Source of the DNA: Oscillospiraceae bacterium | Lineage (GTDB): Bacteria; Bacillota; Clostridia; Oscillospirales; Ruminococcaceae | Direction of reading: 5' to 3' | NCBI GenBank assembly: GCA_036641735.1 | Contig: JAVWEG010000001.1 | Coordinates: 4,287 to 68,286 of the forward strand | DNA: 64,000 bases | Part shown: piece after piece, positions 28,587 through 37,824 of the stretch | Position numbering within the stretch: position 1 is the first letter of the stretch | How the letters are laid out: each line of letters opens with the position of its first letter | Notes under the pieces: model-generated | The model's input: only the letters and a program-made list of their open reading frames with translations | Told to the model about the DNA's origin: nothing | Databases searched by the model: none | Made by a program: the position numbers and the translations under genes

Positions 28587-29222
28587 ATGCAAGAGGATAA
28601 TACGTTAAAAACTTTAAAGCAGATAGCGGCAGGCTTAGCAGCACAGTTTGGCGCATCGTGCGAAATAGTGATACATTTGCTCGGTGAAAACGATATGGAA
28701 AGCTCTATTGTGGCAATAGAAAACGGGCAAGTGTCTAACCGTAAAGTGGGCGACGGGCCGTCGCACGTGGTGCTGGAGGCAATGCAAAAAAACGGGTGCA
28801 AAGCAGACCATTTGGCATATCTTACCAAAACGCGTGACGGTAAAATATTAAAATCGAGTACTATGTTTGTAAAAGATGCGAGCGGTAATGCGAAATACAT
28901 ATTTGCAATCAATTACGATATCACAGGGCTTTTAATAGCTAAAAGCGGTATTGATAGCCTTGTAAGCACCGCACCTGAAAGTGCGCATACAGAGCCTGAG
29001 CGCATAGTGCAAAGTGTAAATGAGCTTTTAGATGAGCTTATAGACCAGTCTGTAGCGCTTGTGGCAAAGCCCGTGGCACTGATGACAAAGGACGATAAAA
29101 TAAAAGCAATACAGTTTTTAAATGCCGCAGGAGCGTTTCTTATCACAAAAAGCGGAGACAAGGTTTCAAAGTATTTTGGCATATCAAAATATACTTTATA
29201 CAGTTATTTAGATGTAGAATAA
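28587..29222 (+). CDS. YheO-like transcriptional regulator (PAS_6 sensor domain plus C-terminal HTH)
   Basis: GASCEIVIHLL...IENGQVSNRKVGD parallels E. coli YheO GSHCEIVLHSL...IANGEHTGRKIGS. The C-terminal HTH YFGISKYTLYSYL parallels LNISKHTVYLYI. Confidence 0.8.
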   Translation: MQEDNTLKTLKQIAAGLAAQFGASCEIVIHLLGENDMESSIVAIENGQVSNRKVGDGPSHVVLEAMQKNGCKADHLAYLTKTRDGKILKSSTMFVKDASGNAKYIFAINYDITGLLIAKSGIDSLVSTAPESAHTEPERIVQSVNELLDELIDQSVALVAKPVALMTKDDKIKAIQFLNAAGAFLITKSGDKVSKYFGISKYTLYSYLDVE

Positions 29223-29228
29223 AAAAGG

Positions 29229-29264
29229 TGGATAACAGCTTATTGCCGTTATCCATCTTTTTTC
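29229..29264 (+). terminator. Terminator after the yheO-like gene
   Basis: TGGATAAC / GTTATCCA stem with an 11-nt loop, followed by TCTTTTTTC. Confidence 0.5.
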
Positions 29265-29328
29265 TTGTTGAAAAGCGAGTGTCAAACGAAATCGGTGCTT
29301 TGCTATAACAGAGGATATTGCATTAAAA

Positions 29329-29745
29329 TTATAAATTAAATTCCTGCTCGCAGTAAGCGCAGCGATATTTGCCATTTGGTGATAGATTAAAAATATGGTC
29401 TATTTCTTCCTCTATGGTGCAAATGCAGCGCGGATTTTTGCAGCGGATAATATTTTTAAGCTTTTTAGGAAGTACAAGCTGCTTTTTCTCGGTAATTTTG
29501 CTGTCTTTTATTACGTCAATAGTGATATTATGGTCGATATATCCCAGCACATCAAGATTAATATTTACATCGCCCTCTATTTTAATAATGTCCTTGCGCC
29601 CATATTTAGATGAGCGTGCGTTGCGGATAATGGCAATGCCGCAGTCGAGCGTGTCTAAATCCAAAAGCTTATAAATTTGCATAGCACTGCCTGCCTTGAG
29701 ATGATCTATCACTACGCCGTTTTGTATACTGTCTATATTAAGCAT
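29329..29745 (-). CDS. pyrI: Aspartate carbamoyltransferase regulatory subunit
   Basis: [10 protein letters not shown] start and a C-terminal Zn domain CKNPRCI...CAYCE. Confidence 0.95.
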   Translation of the reverse strand: MLNIDSIQNGVVIDHLKAGSAMQIYKLLDLDTLDCGIAIIRNARSSKYGRKDIIKIEGDVNINLDVLGYIDHNITIDVIKDSKITEKKQLVLPKKLKNIIRCKNPRCICTIEEEIDHIFNLSPNGKYRCAYCEQEFNL

Positions 29746-30670
29746 TGTCTGCCTCCTTCGTAAGCTCTAAAAGCGTTGCTATCAGCGCCATACGCACATA
29801 TACACCATTTGCCGCCTGCTCAAAGTACGCGGCTCGCGGATCGTCATCTACCTCAAGGGCAATTTCGTTTACGCGCGGCAGTGGGTGCAGTATAGCCATA
29901 TTAGGCTTTGCGTTTTTCATCTTGTCAAAGGTGAGAATATAGCTGTCTTTTAAACGCACATAATCTTCTTCGTTAAAAAAGCGTTCCTTTTGTACGCGTG
30001 TCATATACAAAATATCAAGGCTTGGCATAGCTTCGTCAAGATTAGTTACCTCAGTATACGGCGCATTTGCAAGTGCTATGCTCTCGCTTATAATATATTC
30101 GGGCAAGCGCAGCTCCTCGGGGCTTATAAGCACAAATCGGATATTGTCGTAACGGCAAAGGGACTTAATAAGCGAATGTACGGTGCGGCCAAACTTTAAA
30201 TCTCCGCAAAGCCCTATAGTGATATCGTTTAATCTGCCTGTGCGTTTGCGGATAGTCATAAGATCTGTGAGCGTTTGTGTAGGATGCTGATGTCCGCCGT
30301 CACCTGCGTTTATCACAGGAATAGATGAATAATGCGCAGCGCGTAAGGGTGCGCCCTCTTTAGGGTGGCGGATAGCGGCAATATCGGCATAAGAGGATAT
30401 TACTCTGATAGTGTCTGCTACGCTCTCGCCTTTTGCGGCAGAGCTTGAATTGGCGGACGAAAACCCTAGCACGCTGCCGCCAAGATTAAGCATAGCCGCT
30501 TCAAATGACAGCCGTGTGCGAGTGCTTGGCTCGTAAAACAAAGTAGCAAGCTTTTTGTGAGCGCATAAATTATTGTATCGTTCAGGAGTCTTTAGCATAT
30601 TATCAGCCAAATCCAAAAGCTCGTTTATTTCGTCTTTTGTAAAGTCGAGTGGGTCTATTAAATGTCGCAT
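29738..30670 (-). CDS. pyrB: Aspartate carbamoyltransferase catalytic subunit
   Basis: STRTR, HPTQ and HPLPR signatures. Overlaps pyrI by 8 nt. Confidence 0.95.
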   Translation of the reverse strand: MRHLIDPLDFTKDEINELLDLADNMLKTPERYNNLCAHKKLATLFYEPSTRTRLSFEAAMLNLGGSVLGFSSANSSSAAKGESVADTIRVISSYADIAAIRHPKEGAPLRAAHYSSIPVINAGDGGHQHPTQTLTDLMTIRKRTGRLNDITIGLCGDLKFGRTVHSLIKSLCRYDNIRFVLISPEELRLPEYIISESIALANAPYTEVTNLDEAMPSLDILYMTRVQKERFFNEEDYVRLKDSYILTFDKMKNAKPNMAILHPLPRVNEIALEVDDDPRAAYFEQAANGVYVRMALIATLLELTKEADNA

Positions 30671-30707
30671 ATTGCCTCCATAATTTTTGAAAATAAGTAT
30701 TTTAATT

Positions 30708-30736
30708 ATTATACCTTTTCATAGTTTGATTGGCAA
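30708..30736 (-). promoter_or_regulatory. Candidate sigma-A promoter of pyrBI
   Basis: On the minus strand TTGCCA - 17 nt - TATAAT, about 40 nt upstream of the start. I saw no PyrR-type attenuator. Confidence 0.55.
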
Positions 30737-30781
30737 GCGATAAATCAGTAAAGTTGGTAAAGTGTAAAATAAATAAAAATA

Positions 30782-31630
30782 TCAACAAAGATAAATTTTT
30801 GCTTGTGCTAAAGCTTCGCTTTCAAGTTCATATCGGTTTTCGATGTAAGCTCCCGATAGTACCACAGTTTTAAAGCTTGGCTCTTGCTTTGCCAAAAATT
30901 GCAATATGCGTTCGTAATCGTAAATATCGGTGGCTTTTATACTTGTATCGAGATACCGAGAGTGTTTGCGCAGTGCAGCGGGGATTATTTCAGGTAAGCT
31001 TAAAAGCCCCGAACGCAAAAAAGCAAGATAGCCGTCGGCACGTATAGTGGGTAGCATATTTAAAGGCACAAGTCCGCTTGAAAGTACTTCACAAAGGCGC
31101 AAAGGCGATAATTCGATATTCTCTACCCCAGGCACTAAAAGCTTTAGCTGCCCCAGTGCCTCGTCGCTCATATAGCTTGTAAGCGGCATAGAGCCGTTGC
31201 CAAGAGGAGCTGCCATTTCCGCTAAAAGCGTAGCGGAGGTAACAAGATAATTATTTACGCGTATTTCCAAAGTTTCTTCAAGAGCAAGACGTGCCAGCTC
31301 AGGCCCAGCCGTATTCATAGCATCTACCAAGCGCACAGGCTTGCCGTCGCACAGCAATACTGTTTCGGGTGCTAAAGCAACGGAGCATATTTTGCTGTCG
31401 AGTGCATCAAACCGAAGCAATACAAAAGCATACGTTTTGTCGGATTGCGTAATTAAAAGCAAATTTTTGGCATCTTGAGACATAGGGCGCGCCATAGGAA
31501 CATCTGTAACAATATTTTCAGCAGGCTTTGTAGCCGAGCGTGCCGCAAGCGAAGCAACCACAAAATATATCGGCAGCAATACAGCAAGCGTGATAGCAAA
31601 TGAAATAACAAAAACTTTTTTATTATTCAC
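30782..31630 (-). CDS. Membrane-anchored protein with weak resemblance to the LytR-CpsA-Psr (LCP) fold
   Basis: Good Shine-Dalgarno site (AAAGGAGG) 7 nt before GTG 31630, which I prefer to the ORF-track ATG at 31669. It has one N-terminal TM helix. The LLITQSD...LLRFD...S...PETV...VNNYLV pattern is reminiscent of LCP domains, but this is not secure. Confidence 0.45.
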   Translation of the reverse strand: MNNKKVFVISFAITLAVLLPIYFVVASLAARSATKPAENIVTDVPMARPMSQDAKNLLLITQSDKTYAFVLLRFDALDSKICSVALAPETVLLCDGKPVRLVDAMNTAGPELARLALEETLEIRVNNYLVTSATLLAEMAAPLGNGSMPLTSYMSDEALGQLKLLVPGVENIELSPLRLCEVLSSGLVPLNMLPTIRADGYLAFLRSGLLSLPEIIPAALRKHSRYLDTSIKATDIYDYERILQFLAKQEPSFKTVVLSGAYIENRYELESEALAQAKIYLC

Positions 31631-31638
31631 AGCAGCAC

Positions 31639-31687
31639 CTCCTTTGTATACATTGTGTACACGGCACACATAGTATATACAAAGGAG
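31639..31687. repeat. Perfect 12-bp inverted repeat (CTCCTTTGTATA / TATACAAAGGAG) that includes both divergent Shine-Dalgarno sites; the spacer contains the 8-bp palindrome GTGTACAC
   Basis: Read directly from the sequence. Arms lie at 31639-31650 and 31676-31687, and the palindrome at 31655-31662. Confidence 0.85.
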
Positions 31688-31695
31688 TTGTTAAA

Positions 31696-31833
31696 ATGAA
31701 GCAAAATAATAATAATGATATTGTAAAAAGCATTATAAATGAGCCGCCAAGCAAAACAGATCCAAACGGAAGCTATACGGGCAAGCCTAAAATAAAATAC
31801 GAAAAGCCCGAACAGGATGCAGACGATTTATAA
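31696..31833 (+). CDS. 45-aa hydrophilic small protein (MKQNNNNDIVKSIINEPPSKTDPNGSYTGKPKIKYEKPEQDADDL)
   Basis: Strong Shine-Dalgarno site (AAAGGAG) 8 nt upstream of the ATG. The ORF ends just before a strong hairpin. It is below the ORF-track size cutoff. Confidence 0.5.
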   Translation: MKQNNNNDIVKSIINEPPSKTDPNGSYTGKPKIKYEKPEQDADDL

Positions 31834-31845
31834 TAGAAATAAAAA

Positions 31846-31882
31846 AGCAGCGGCTGTAAACTTTGGGTTTACAGCCGCTGCT
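31846..31882. terminator. Terminator shared by oppA (minus) and the small ORF (plus)
   Basis: 16-bp stem AGCAGCGGCTGTAAAC / GTTTACAGCCGCTGCT. A T run is present on the minus-strand side (TTTTTTATT). Confidence 0.75.
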
Positions 31883-31899
31883 AATAATATTAATGCTAA

Positions 31900-33564
31900 T
31901 TACTTGATGTCAGCATACTCAAAATGCCAATAACCAAGAGGTGAATGCCAAGTATTTACAATCTTGTCGCTCTGTAGGAATGTATCACTGTAGTATGCAA
32001 GTGGTATCATACCTGCTTCGTCAAGAACCAGCTTTTCAGCTTCGTGCATTTTCTGCATACGAACTGTTTGGTCTGCGCTTGTTCTTGCTTCTGCCATCAG
32101 CTTGTCGTAAGCAGGATTGTTGTACTTGCCGTCGTTGTTGCCGTTCTCAGAGCAGAACAAGTCAAGCATACTTGAAGGATCGTTATAGTCTGTTACCCAG
32201 CCGTTACGTGCTACGAAGTAGTCGCCTGAACGACGCGCTGCTGTAAAGTTAGCCCACTCTTGGATAACGATATTCATCTTTACGCCAATCTCGCCCCACA
32301 TTTGCTGCAAAGCCTCGGCTACGTTTTTATGATAAGCGGAATCGTTTGTCATATACTCGATAGGAGCAAGGCCCTTGCCGTCTGGGAATCCTGCTTCTGC
32401 AAGCAATTTCTTAGCGCCCTCTACATCGGCCTTTGTGTCAAAATAAGTTTTGCCGCCATTGTCCTTAGTAGTGGTGTCCATAAACGGAGTTTTTGCATCT
32501 GCATCTAAAAATCCAGGTCCGATATAAGCAGTAGCAGGTGCATAAGTGCCGTGCATTACAGTGTTTGCAATACGGTCACGGTCAATAGCCATACTCAAAG
32601 CTTTACGTACCTTTGCGTTGTCAAAAGGAGCTTTGTTTAGGTTAAGGCTCAAATAATATGTGCCCATTAGGTCTGCTTTATGGAAATCTGCACGTGAAGA
32701 AAGATTGTCGATTTCAGCAGCAGGAATACTCTTTGTCATCAATACTTCGCCGCCCTCATAAGCGGTAAGTGCTGCGTTATCGTCTTCAATAAGCATAAAC
32801 TTTAGCTTATCAAGCTTGATAGCATCTTTGTTCCAGTAATTTTGGTTCTTGGAAAATTCAATGTACTCGCCTGTTTTCCAGTCGGTCATATTGAAAGGTC
32901 CGTTGCTTACATATGTTTTAGCGGCTGTTGCCCAAGTTTCGCCGTTAGCTTCGATAGTAGCCTTTTGTACAGGGCTGTATGTAGCGAAAGCTACCAGCTG
33001 CTCAAAGTATGCGCAAGGAGCGCTCAATGTTACTTCAAGAGTTTGGTCGTCTATTGCCTTTGCTCCAAGTGTATCAGGTGTTTTTGCGCCGGAAGCGATA
33101 TCGGCAAAGCCTGAGATTACGTTGAAGATATCAGCATAAGGAGAAGCTGTAGCAGGATCTACTGCGCGCTGCCAGCTATATACAAAGTCGTTTGCTGTAA
33201 GTGGTGAGCCATCGCTCCACTTTAAGTCTTTACGCAATTTAAATGTGTACTTTAGGCCGTCAGCGCTCTTCTCGAACGATTCTGCCTGTCCGGGTACTGC
33301 TTTGCCGTCTTTGTCAATAATCAGTAGGCACTCAAATGCGTGCAAAATCATATTGCCGCCGTCTACAGCGCTGTTTAGCGCAGGATCCATTGTCTCTGGG
33401 TTAGGTCCGATAGTAACGGCAAGTTCTTTGCCGCTGCCTGCTACGGCGCTTTGTGCCGGTGCTGCACCAGAGCCGCTTGTGGTTGTGCCTTTCTTATCAC
33501 CGCAGCCGGCAAGCAACATTGTGCATACCATTACTGCGGCCATTAAGCCTGCAATCTTTTTCAT
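31900..33564 (-). CDS. oppA: Oligopeptide/dipeptide ABC transporter substrate-binding lipoprotein (family 5)
   Basis: Lipobox LLAGCGD and a 554-aa SBP_bac_5-type sequence. Adjacent to oppBCDF. Confidence 0.85.
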   Translation of the reverse strand: MKKIAGLMAAVMVCTMLLAGCGDKKGTTTSGSGAAPAQSAVAGSGKELAVTIGPNPETMDPALNSAVDGGNMILHAFECLLIIDKDGKAVPGQAESFEKSADGLKYTFKLRKDLKWSDGSPLTANDFVYSWQRAVDPATASPYADIFNVISGFADIASGAKTPDTLGAKAIDDQTLEVTLSAPCAYFEQLVAFATYSPVQKATIEANGETWATAAKTYVSNGPFNMTDWKTGEYIEFSKNQNYWNKDAIKLDKLKFMLIEDDNAALTAYEGGEVLMTKSIPAAEIDNLSSRADFHKADLMGTYYLSLNLNKAPFDNAKVRKALSMAIDRDRIANTVMHGTYAPATAYIGPGFLDADAKTPFMDTTTKDNGGKTYFDTKADVEGAKKLLAEAGFPDGKGLAPIEYMTNDSAYHKNVAEALQQMWGEIGVKMNIVIQEWANFTAARRSGDYFVARNGWVTDYNDPSSMLDLFCSENGNNDGKYNNPAYDKLMAEARTSADQTVRMQKMHEAEKLVLDEAGMIPLAYYSDTFLQSDKIVNTWHSPLGYWHFEYADIK

Positions 33565-33735
33565 AAAATAAATCCTCCTCGTTAATTTCGTTCGCTAAAA
33601 ACGAACGTTTCATCTTTAAAGCAATTTACAGCGATAAAGTATTGAATTAAAACTATTATACACAGTAACAGTGTTTTGGCAAGTGAATTTACGGTTTTGT
33701 ATTGTTTTGTAACTATTTTTTGTAGTTATGCACAA

Positions 33736-34797
33736 TTACTTAACCCTGTCAAGGTGGTGACACGCGGCATAATGCCCATTGGAAATTTCTCTCCACACAG
33801 GATTTTCAGCGGCGCATTGCTCGTCTGCATACGGGCAGCGAGTGCGGAAGTGGCAACCTGACGGTGGGTTAACAGGACTTGGCACATCGCCTTCAAGCAC
33901 AATGCGGTGAGAAGCGCGCGAGGTCTCGGGATCTGCAATAGGAATAGCAGATACAAGGCTTTTAGTGTACGGATGCACACTGTGAAACGCAAGCTCATAG
34001 CTGTCGGCAAGCTCTACAAGCTTACCTAAATACATTACGCCGATACGGTTAGATATATGCTTTACTACAGATAAATCGTGCGCAATAAACAAATACGTAA
34101 GCCCAAGCTGCTCTTGCAGCTCTTCAAACATATTTACTACCTGCGCTTGTATAGATACATCAAGCGCCGAAATAGGCTCGTCGCATACTATAAACTCAGG
34201 ATCTACGGCAAGCGCGCGTGCTATGCCTACGCGCTGGCGCTGTCCGCCCGAAAATTCGTGAGGATAACGATTGGCGTGTTCACTGTTAAGCCCTACGCGC
34301 TCAAGCATTTGGATAATTTTGTCTTGTCTGTCCTTTTTGGTGGCGGCAAGTTTATGAATATCTATCGCTTCGCCCACAATATCGCCCACCGTCATACGAG
34401 GATCAAGTGATGCATAAGGATCTTGGAATACTATCTGCATTTTACGGCGATAAGGCAGCATATTTACAGCGGTTTTTTTAGACAACATAGGTGTGCCGTC
34501 GGCATTTAGTATTTGTTTGCCGTCCTCGCCGCACATAGGCATATTGCCGGAATCAAACAAAGTGACGCCTTTATAAATAATGCGCCCCTCTGTAGGCTCG
34601 TACAAGCGAAGCAAAGTGCGTCCGGTAGTGGTTTTTCCGCAGCCGCTCTCGCCTACAAGCCCAAGTGTCTCGCCTTCGTTTACATAAAAAGATACATCAT
34701 CAACAGCCTTAACAAGACGTTTTTCAAACATTTTGCCGCCCGCTACAGGGAAATACTGCTTCATATTTTGTACTTCTACAAGCTTTTTATCACTCAT
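33736..34797 (-). CDS. oppF: Oligopeptide ABC transporter ATP-binding protein
   Basis: Walker A GESGCGKTT, signature FSGGQRQR, Walker B IVCDEP and an oligopeptide-type C-terminal domain (PPSGCHFRTRCP). Confidence 0.9.
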   Translation of the reverse strand: MSDKKLVEVQNMKQYFPVAGGKMFEKRLVKAVDDVSFYVNEGETLGLVGESGCGKTTTGRTLLRLYEPTEGRIIYKGVTLFDSGNMPMCGEDGKQILNADGTPMLSKKTAVNMLPYRRKMQIVFQDPYASLDPRMTVGDIVGEAIDIHKLAATKKDRQDKIIQMLERVGLNSEHANRYPHEFSGGQRQRVGIARALAVDPEFIVCDEPISALDVSIQAQVVNMFEELQEQLGLTYLFIAHDLSVVKHISNRIGVMYLGKLVELADSYELAFHSVHPYTKSLVSAIPIADPETSRASHRIVLEGDVPSPVNPPSGCHFRTRCPYADEQCAAENPVWREISNGHYAACHHLDRVK

Positions 34798-35798
34798 TGT
34801 GCCTTACCTCCGTTGTTTTGCAATTCGTCTTTTTGGAGCAGCCAGCACGAGGAGTAATGCACATCGGTAATAGCTGTTTCAGGAGGCATTGCACGCAGGC
34901 ATACCTTCATACATTTTTCGCAGCGCGGAGCAAACGGGCAGCCTTTGGGAGGGTTTAACATATCCACAGGCGAGCCGTCTATAGGAATAAGCTTTGTATG
35001 CTCTTTTTCAGTAAGCTTCGGGATACTGCGCAAAAGTCCCTTTGTGTACTCGTGCTTAGGCGCATAAAATATATCATCTACTGTGCCATATTCCACTACC
35101 TTGCCGGCATACATTACCGCAATGCGGTCGCACATATTGGCTACTACGCCAAGATCGTGTGTTATCATAATAATAGCCATACCAAGCTTGTTTTTCAGCT
35201 CTACCATAAGCTCTAATATCTGTGCTTGTATAGTTACATCAAGCGCGGTTGTAGGCTCGTCCGCTATCAATAGCTTTGGCTCGCAAGCGAGTGCAATTGC
35301 TATCATTATGCGCTGGCGCATACCGCCCGACAGCTCGTGCGGATACTGTTTAAGACGTTTTTCGGGTTCGTTAATGCCCACAAGAGTAAGCAGCTCGCAA
35401 GCGCGCTCTGTGGCTTGCTTTTTATTTTTATCGGTGTGCAAACGGATAACCTCTTCTATCTGATTACCCACTGTGTACACAGGATTAAGGCTTGTCATAG
35501 GATCTTGGAATATTATAGATTCCTCATTGCCACGAATTTTGCGCATCTCTTTTTCGCTCATATCATTGATGCGGTGACCATTAAAGTCTATAGTGCCGCC
35601 GATAATGCGCCCGGGGTACGCGGTAAGCCCCATAAGGCTGTATGCAGTAACGGATTTGCCCGAGCCGCTCTCGCCCACTATACCAAGCACCTCGCCCTCA
35701 GACAGATGCAAGGATACGTCATTTAAAGCTTTCACTTCACCTGCCGGAGTAAAGAAGGACAGGCGCTCGTTCTTTATTTCTACCAAATAGTCGCTCAT
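34794..35798 (-). CDS. oppD: Oligopeptide ABC transporter ATP-binding protein
   Basis: Walker A GESGSGKSV, signature LSGGMRQR, Walker B LIADEPTTALD and C-terminal PPKGCPFAPRC. Overlaps oppF by 4 nt. Confidence 0.9.
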   Translation of the reverse strand: MSDYLVEIKNERLSFFTPAGEVKALNDVSLHLSEGEVLGIVGESGSGKSVTAYSLMGLTAYPGRIIGGTIDFNGHRINDMSEKEMRKIRGNEESIIFQDPMTSLNPVYTVGNQIEEVIRLHTDKNKKQATERACELLTLVGINEPEKRLKQYPHELSGGMRQRIMIAIALACEPKLLIADEPTTALDVTIQAQILELMVELKNKLGMAIIMITHDLGVVANMCDRIAVMYAGKVVEYGTVDDIFYAPKHEYTKGLLRSIPKLTEKEHTKLIPIDGSPVDMLNPPKGCPFAPRCEKCMKVCLRAMPPETAITDVHYSSCWLLQKDELQNNGGKAQ

Positions 35799-35812
35799 AT
35801 TTCCCTCTCCCT

Positions 35813-36856
35813 CTAGTTTTTAAGCTTCGGGTCGAACGCGTCACGCAGACCATCGCCAAACAAGTTAAAGCTTAAGATAATTACGGATATTACAAGTGCA
35901 GGAGCCATAAGGCGGAACGGAAAGCTTTGCAGACCGTTTAAAGCCTCGCTCGCAAGTGAGCCGAGCGACGGCATAGGAGCCGCCACACCAATGCCAAGAA
36001 AGCTTAAAAAGCTCTCTGTAAATATCGCGGAAGGTATCTGTAAGGTAGTGGTAACAATTAAAGTACCTATGCAGTTAGTAAGCAAATGCTTACGGATAAT
36101 ACGTCCGCTCGATGCGCCAAGCGCCCTTGCAGCGGTAACATATTCCTGCTCTTTTAAGGTAAGTATCTGGCTGCGCACTATACGCGCCATACCTACCCAG
36201 TAAAGCAAAGCAAACACGATAAATATACTTATTAGGTTTACGCCAAGCGTGTTAATCCACGCAAAGCCTGCCACCTCGGCAAGCGCCTTTAGCGGATATT
36301 TAAGTGTAATAGACAGCAGTATAATAATAAGGATATCAGGTACAGTGTAAATCATATCCACTATGCGCATCATTACCATATCTATCCAGCCGCCAAAAAA
36401 TCCTGCAATAGCACCGTAAAACGAGCCAATAAGCAAAATAATAGCGGAGGCTACTATTCCTACCAGTAATGAAATACGAGCGCCGAGCATTACGCGTATT
36501 GCGTAGTCGCGGCCAAGCGCATCAGTGCCAAGTACGTGCGGAAATATTTTCACACCGGCATCAATTTGTGCCTGCTCAGCAGCAGAATAGGTAAACGGTG
36601 CCAAATTTTCGGCATCTACTATCTGAAACTCATATGTGTACGGATAAAAGCTCGGTACCACAAAAGCAAAAAGCATTACTATTATCAATACCACAAGGCT
36701 AACCATAGCCACAGGATTTTTGCATAGGCGGCGAGCGCCGTCACGCCAAAAGGATACGCTTTCGCGCATTACTACAAGGCTTTGCTTGTCTTTTTCGTCA
36801 GCCAAAACAAAATCATCTGTATTTAGCTGTAGGCTTAATGGGTTTTTCTCTGACAT
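35813..36856 (-). CDS. oppC: Oligopeptide ABC transporter permease
   Basis: BPD_transp_1 EAA-type loop (EYVTAARALGAS) and an OppC-like N-terminal extension. Confidence 0.9.
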   Translation of the reverse strand: MSEKNPLSLQLNTDDFVLADEKDKQSLVVMRESVSFWRDGARRLCKNPVAMVSLVVLIIVMLFAFVVPSFYPYTYEFQIVDAENLAPFTYSAAEQAQIDAGVKIFPHVLGTDALGRDYAIRVMLGARISLLVGIVASAIILLIGSFYGAIAGFFGGWIDMVMMRIVDMIYTVPDILIIILLSITLKYPLKALAEVAGFAWINTLGVNLISIFIVFALLYWVGMARIVRSQILTLKEQEYVTAARALGASSGRIIRKHLLTNCIGTLIVTTTLQIPSAIFTESFLSFLGIGVAAPMPSLGSLASEALNGLQSFPFRLMAPALVISVIILSFNLFGDGLRDAFDPKLKN

Positions 36857-36870
36857 CAGCTCGTTCCTCC

Positions 36871-37788
36871 TTACTTTAATTGAATGCGCGGATCGATAAG
36901 CTTATACGCAATATCAACCACAACATTCATCACAATGATAAGTGCAGCAAGGAATATGGTAGTACCCATAATCAGCGGATAATCGCGCCCTGTAATAGAG
37001 CCGATAAACGCTGAACCAAGACCGCCTATTGTAAATATTTTTTCCACTACAAACGAGCCTGTAAGCGTGTATGCAAACATTGGTCCGAGATACGTTACTA
37101 CAGGCAAAATCGCATTGCGAAGTGCGTGCTTAAATAAGCTCTTGGCACCCGACAAGCCCTTTGCACGCGCTGTGCGCATATAGTCTTGCCCAAGTACGTC
37201 TAGCATAGACGAGCGCATTAGCCGCGCAATATATGCCGTGGGGTAAAACGCAAGCCCTGCCACAGGCATAATGTAGTTAAGTACTCCGCTAAGACCTGTG
37301 GTGGGCAGCCACCCTAGCTTTAGCCCAAAAATATACATTAGCATTGTACACACCACAAAGCTTGGTACAGCTATACCGCAAGTAGCTATAAATATTATAA
37401 GGTTATCGAGCCACTTGCCTCTGTGCATAGCCGCTATGCTGCCGATAACTACACCGACTACAAGCGCTACAGCAACAGAAATGCAGCCTATTTTGGCAGA
37501 CGTAGGGAAGCGTTCCTTTATAATGCGAGTTATGGTAAACCCACGTTTTTTCACGCTGTCACCGAGGTCGCCTTTAATTGCACCGCCAAGATAGGTGGTG
37601 TATTGCTCAAATAACGGCTTATCAAGACCATATTTTGCATTTAAAGCCGCCTGTGCTTGTGGGCTTACTGCCTTTTCTGCCAAAAATGGCCCGCCCGGAA
37701 TGAGGTTCATTAAGAAAAACGTAATTGTAGATACGAGAAACAGCGTCAAAAACGCGAGCGCAATTCTCTTTACAATATACTTTGCCAT
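36871..37788 (-). CDS. oppB: Oligopeptide ABC transporter permease
   Basis: Typical OppB start MAKYIVKRI and the loop YMRTARAKGLS. I call ATG 37788 because the ORF-track ATG at 37824 would lie at or upstream of the predicted transcription start. Confidence 0.9.
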   Translation of the reverse strand: MAKYIVKRIALAFLTLFLVSTITFFLMNLIPGGPFLAEKAVSPQAQAALNAKYGLDKPLFEQYTTYLGGAIKGDLGDSVKKRGFTITRIIKERFPTSAKIGCISVAVALVVGVVIGSIAAMHRGKWLDNLIIFIATCGIAVPSFVVCTMLMYIFGLKLGWLPTTGLSGVLNYIMPVAGLAFYPTAYIARLMRSSMLDVLGQDYMRTARAKGLSGAKSLFKHALRNAILPVVTYLGPMFAYTLTGSFVVEKIFTIGGLGSAFIGSITGRDYPLIMGTTIFLAALIIVMNVVVDIAYKLIDPRIQLK

Positions 37789-37824
37789 AGCTTTCAAATC
37801 CTTTTCATTTAAATATATCTTCAT

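Noticed and set aside
28382-28912. 176-aa minus-strand ORF spanning the ssnA/yheO divergent region and the 5' half of the yheO-like gene.
   Set aside because: It overlaps a gene with clear YheO similarity and runs through an AT-rich promoter region. The product is Ile/Phe/Asn-rich and looks like AT-rich noise.
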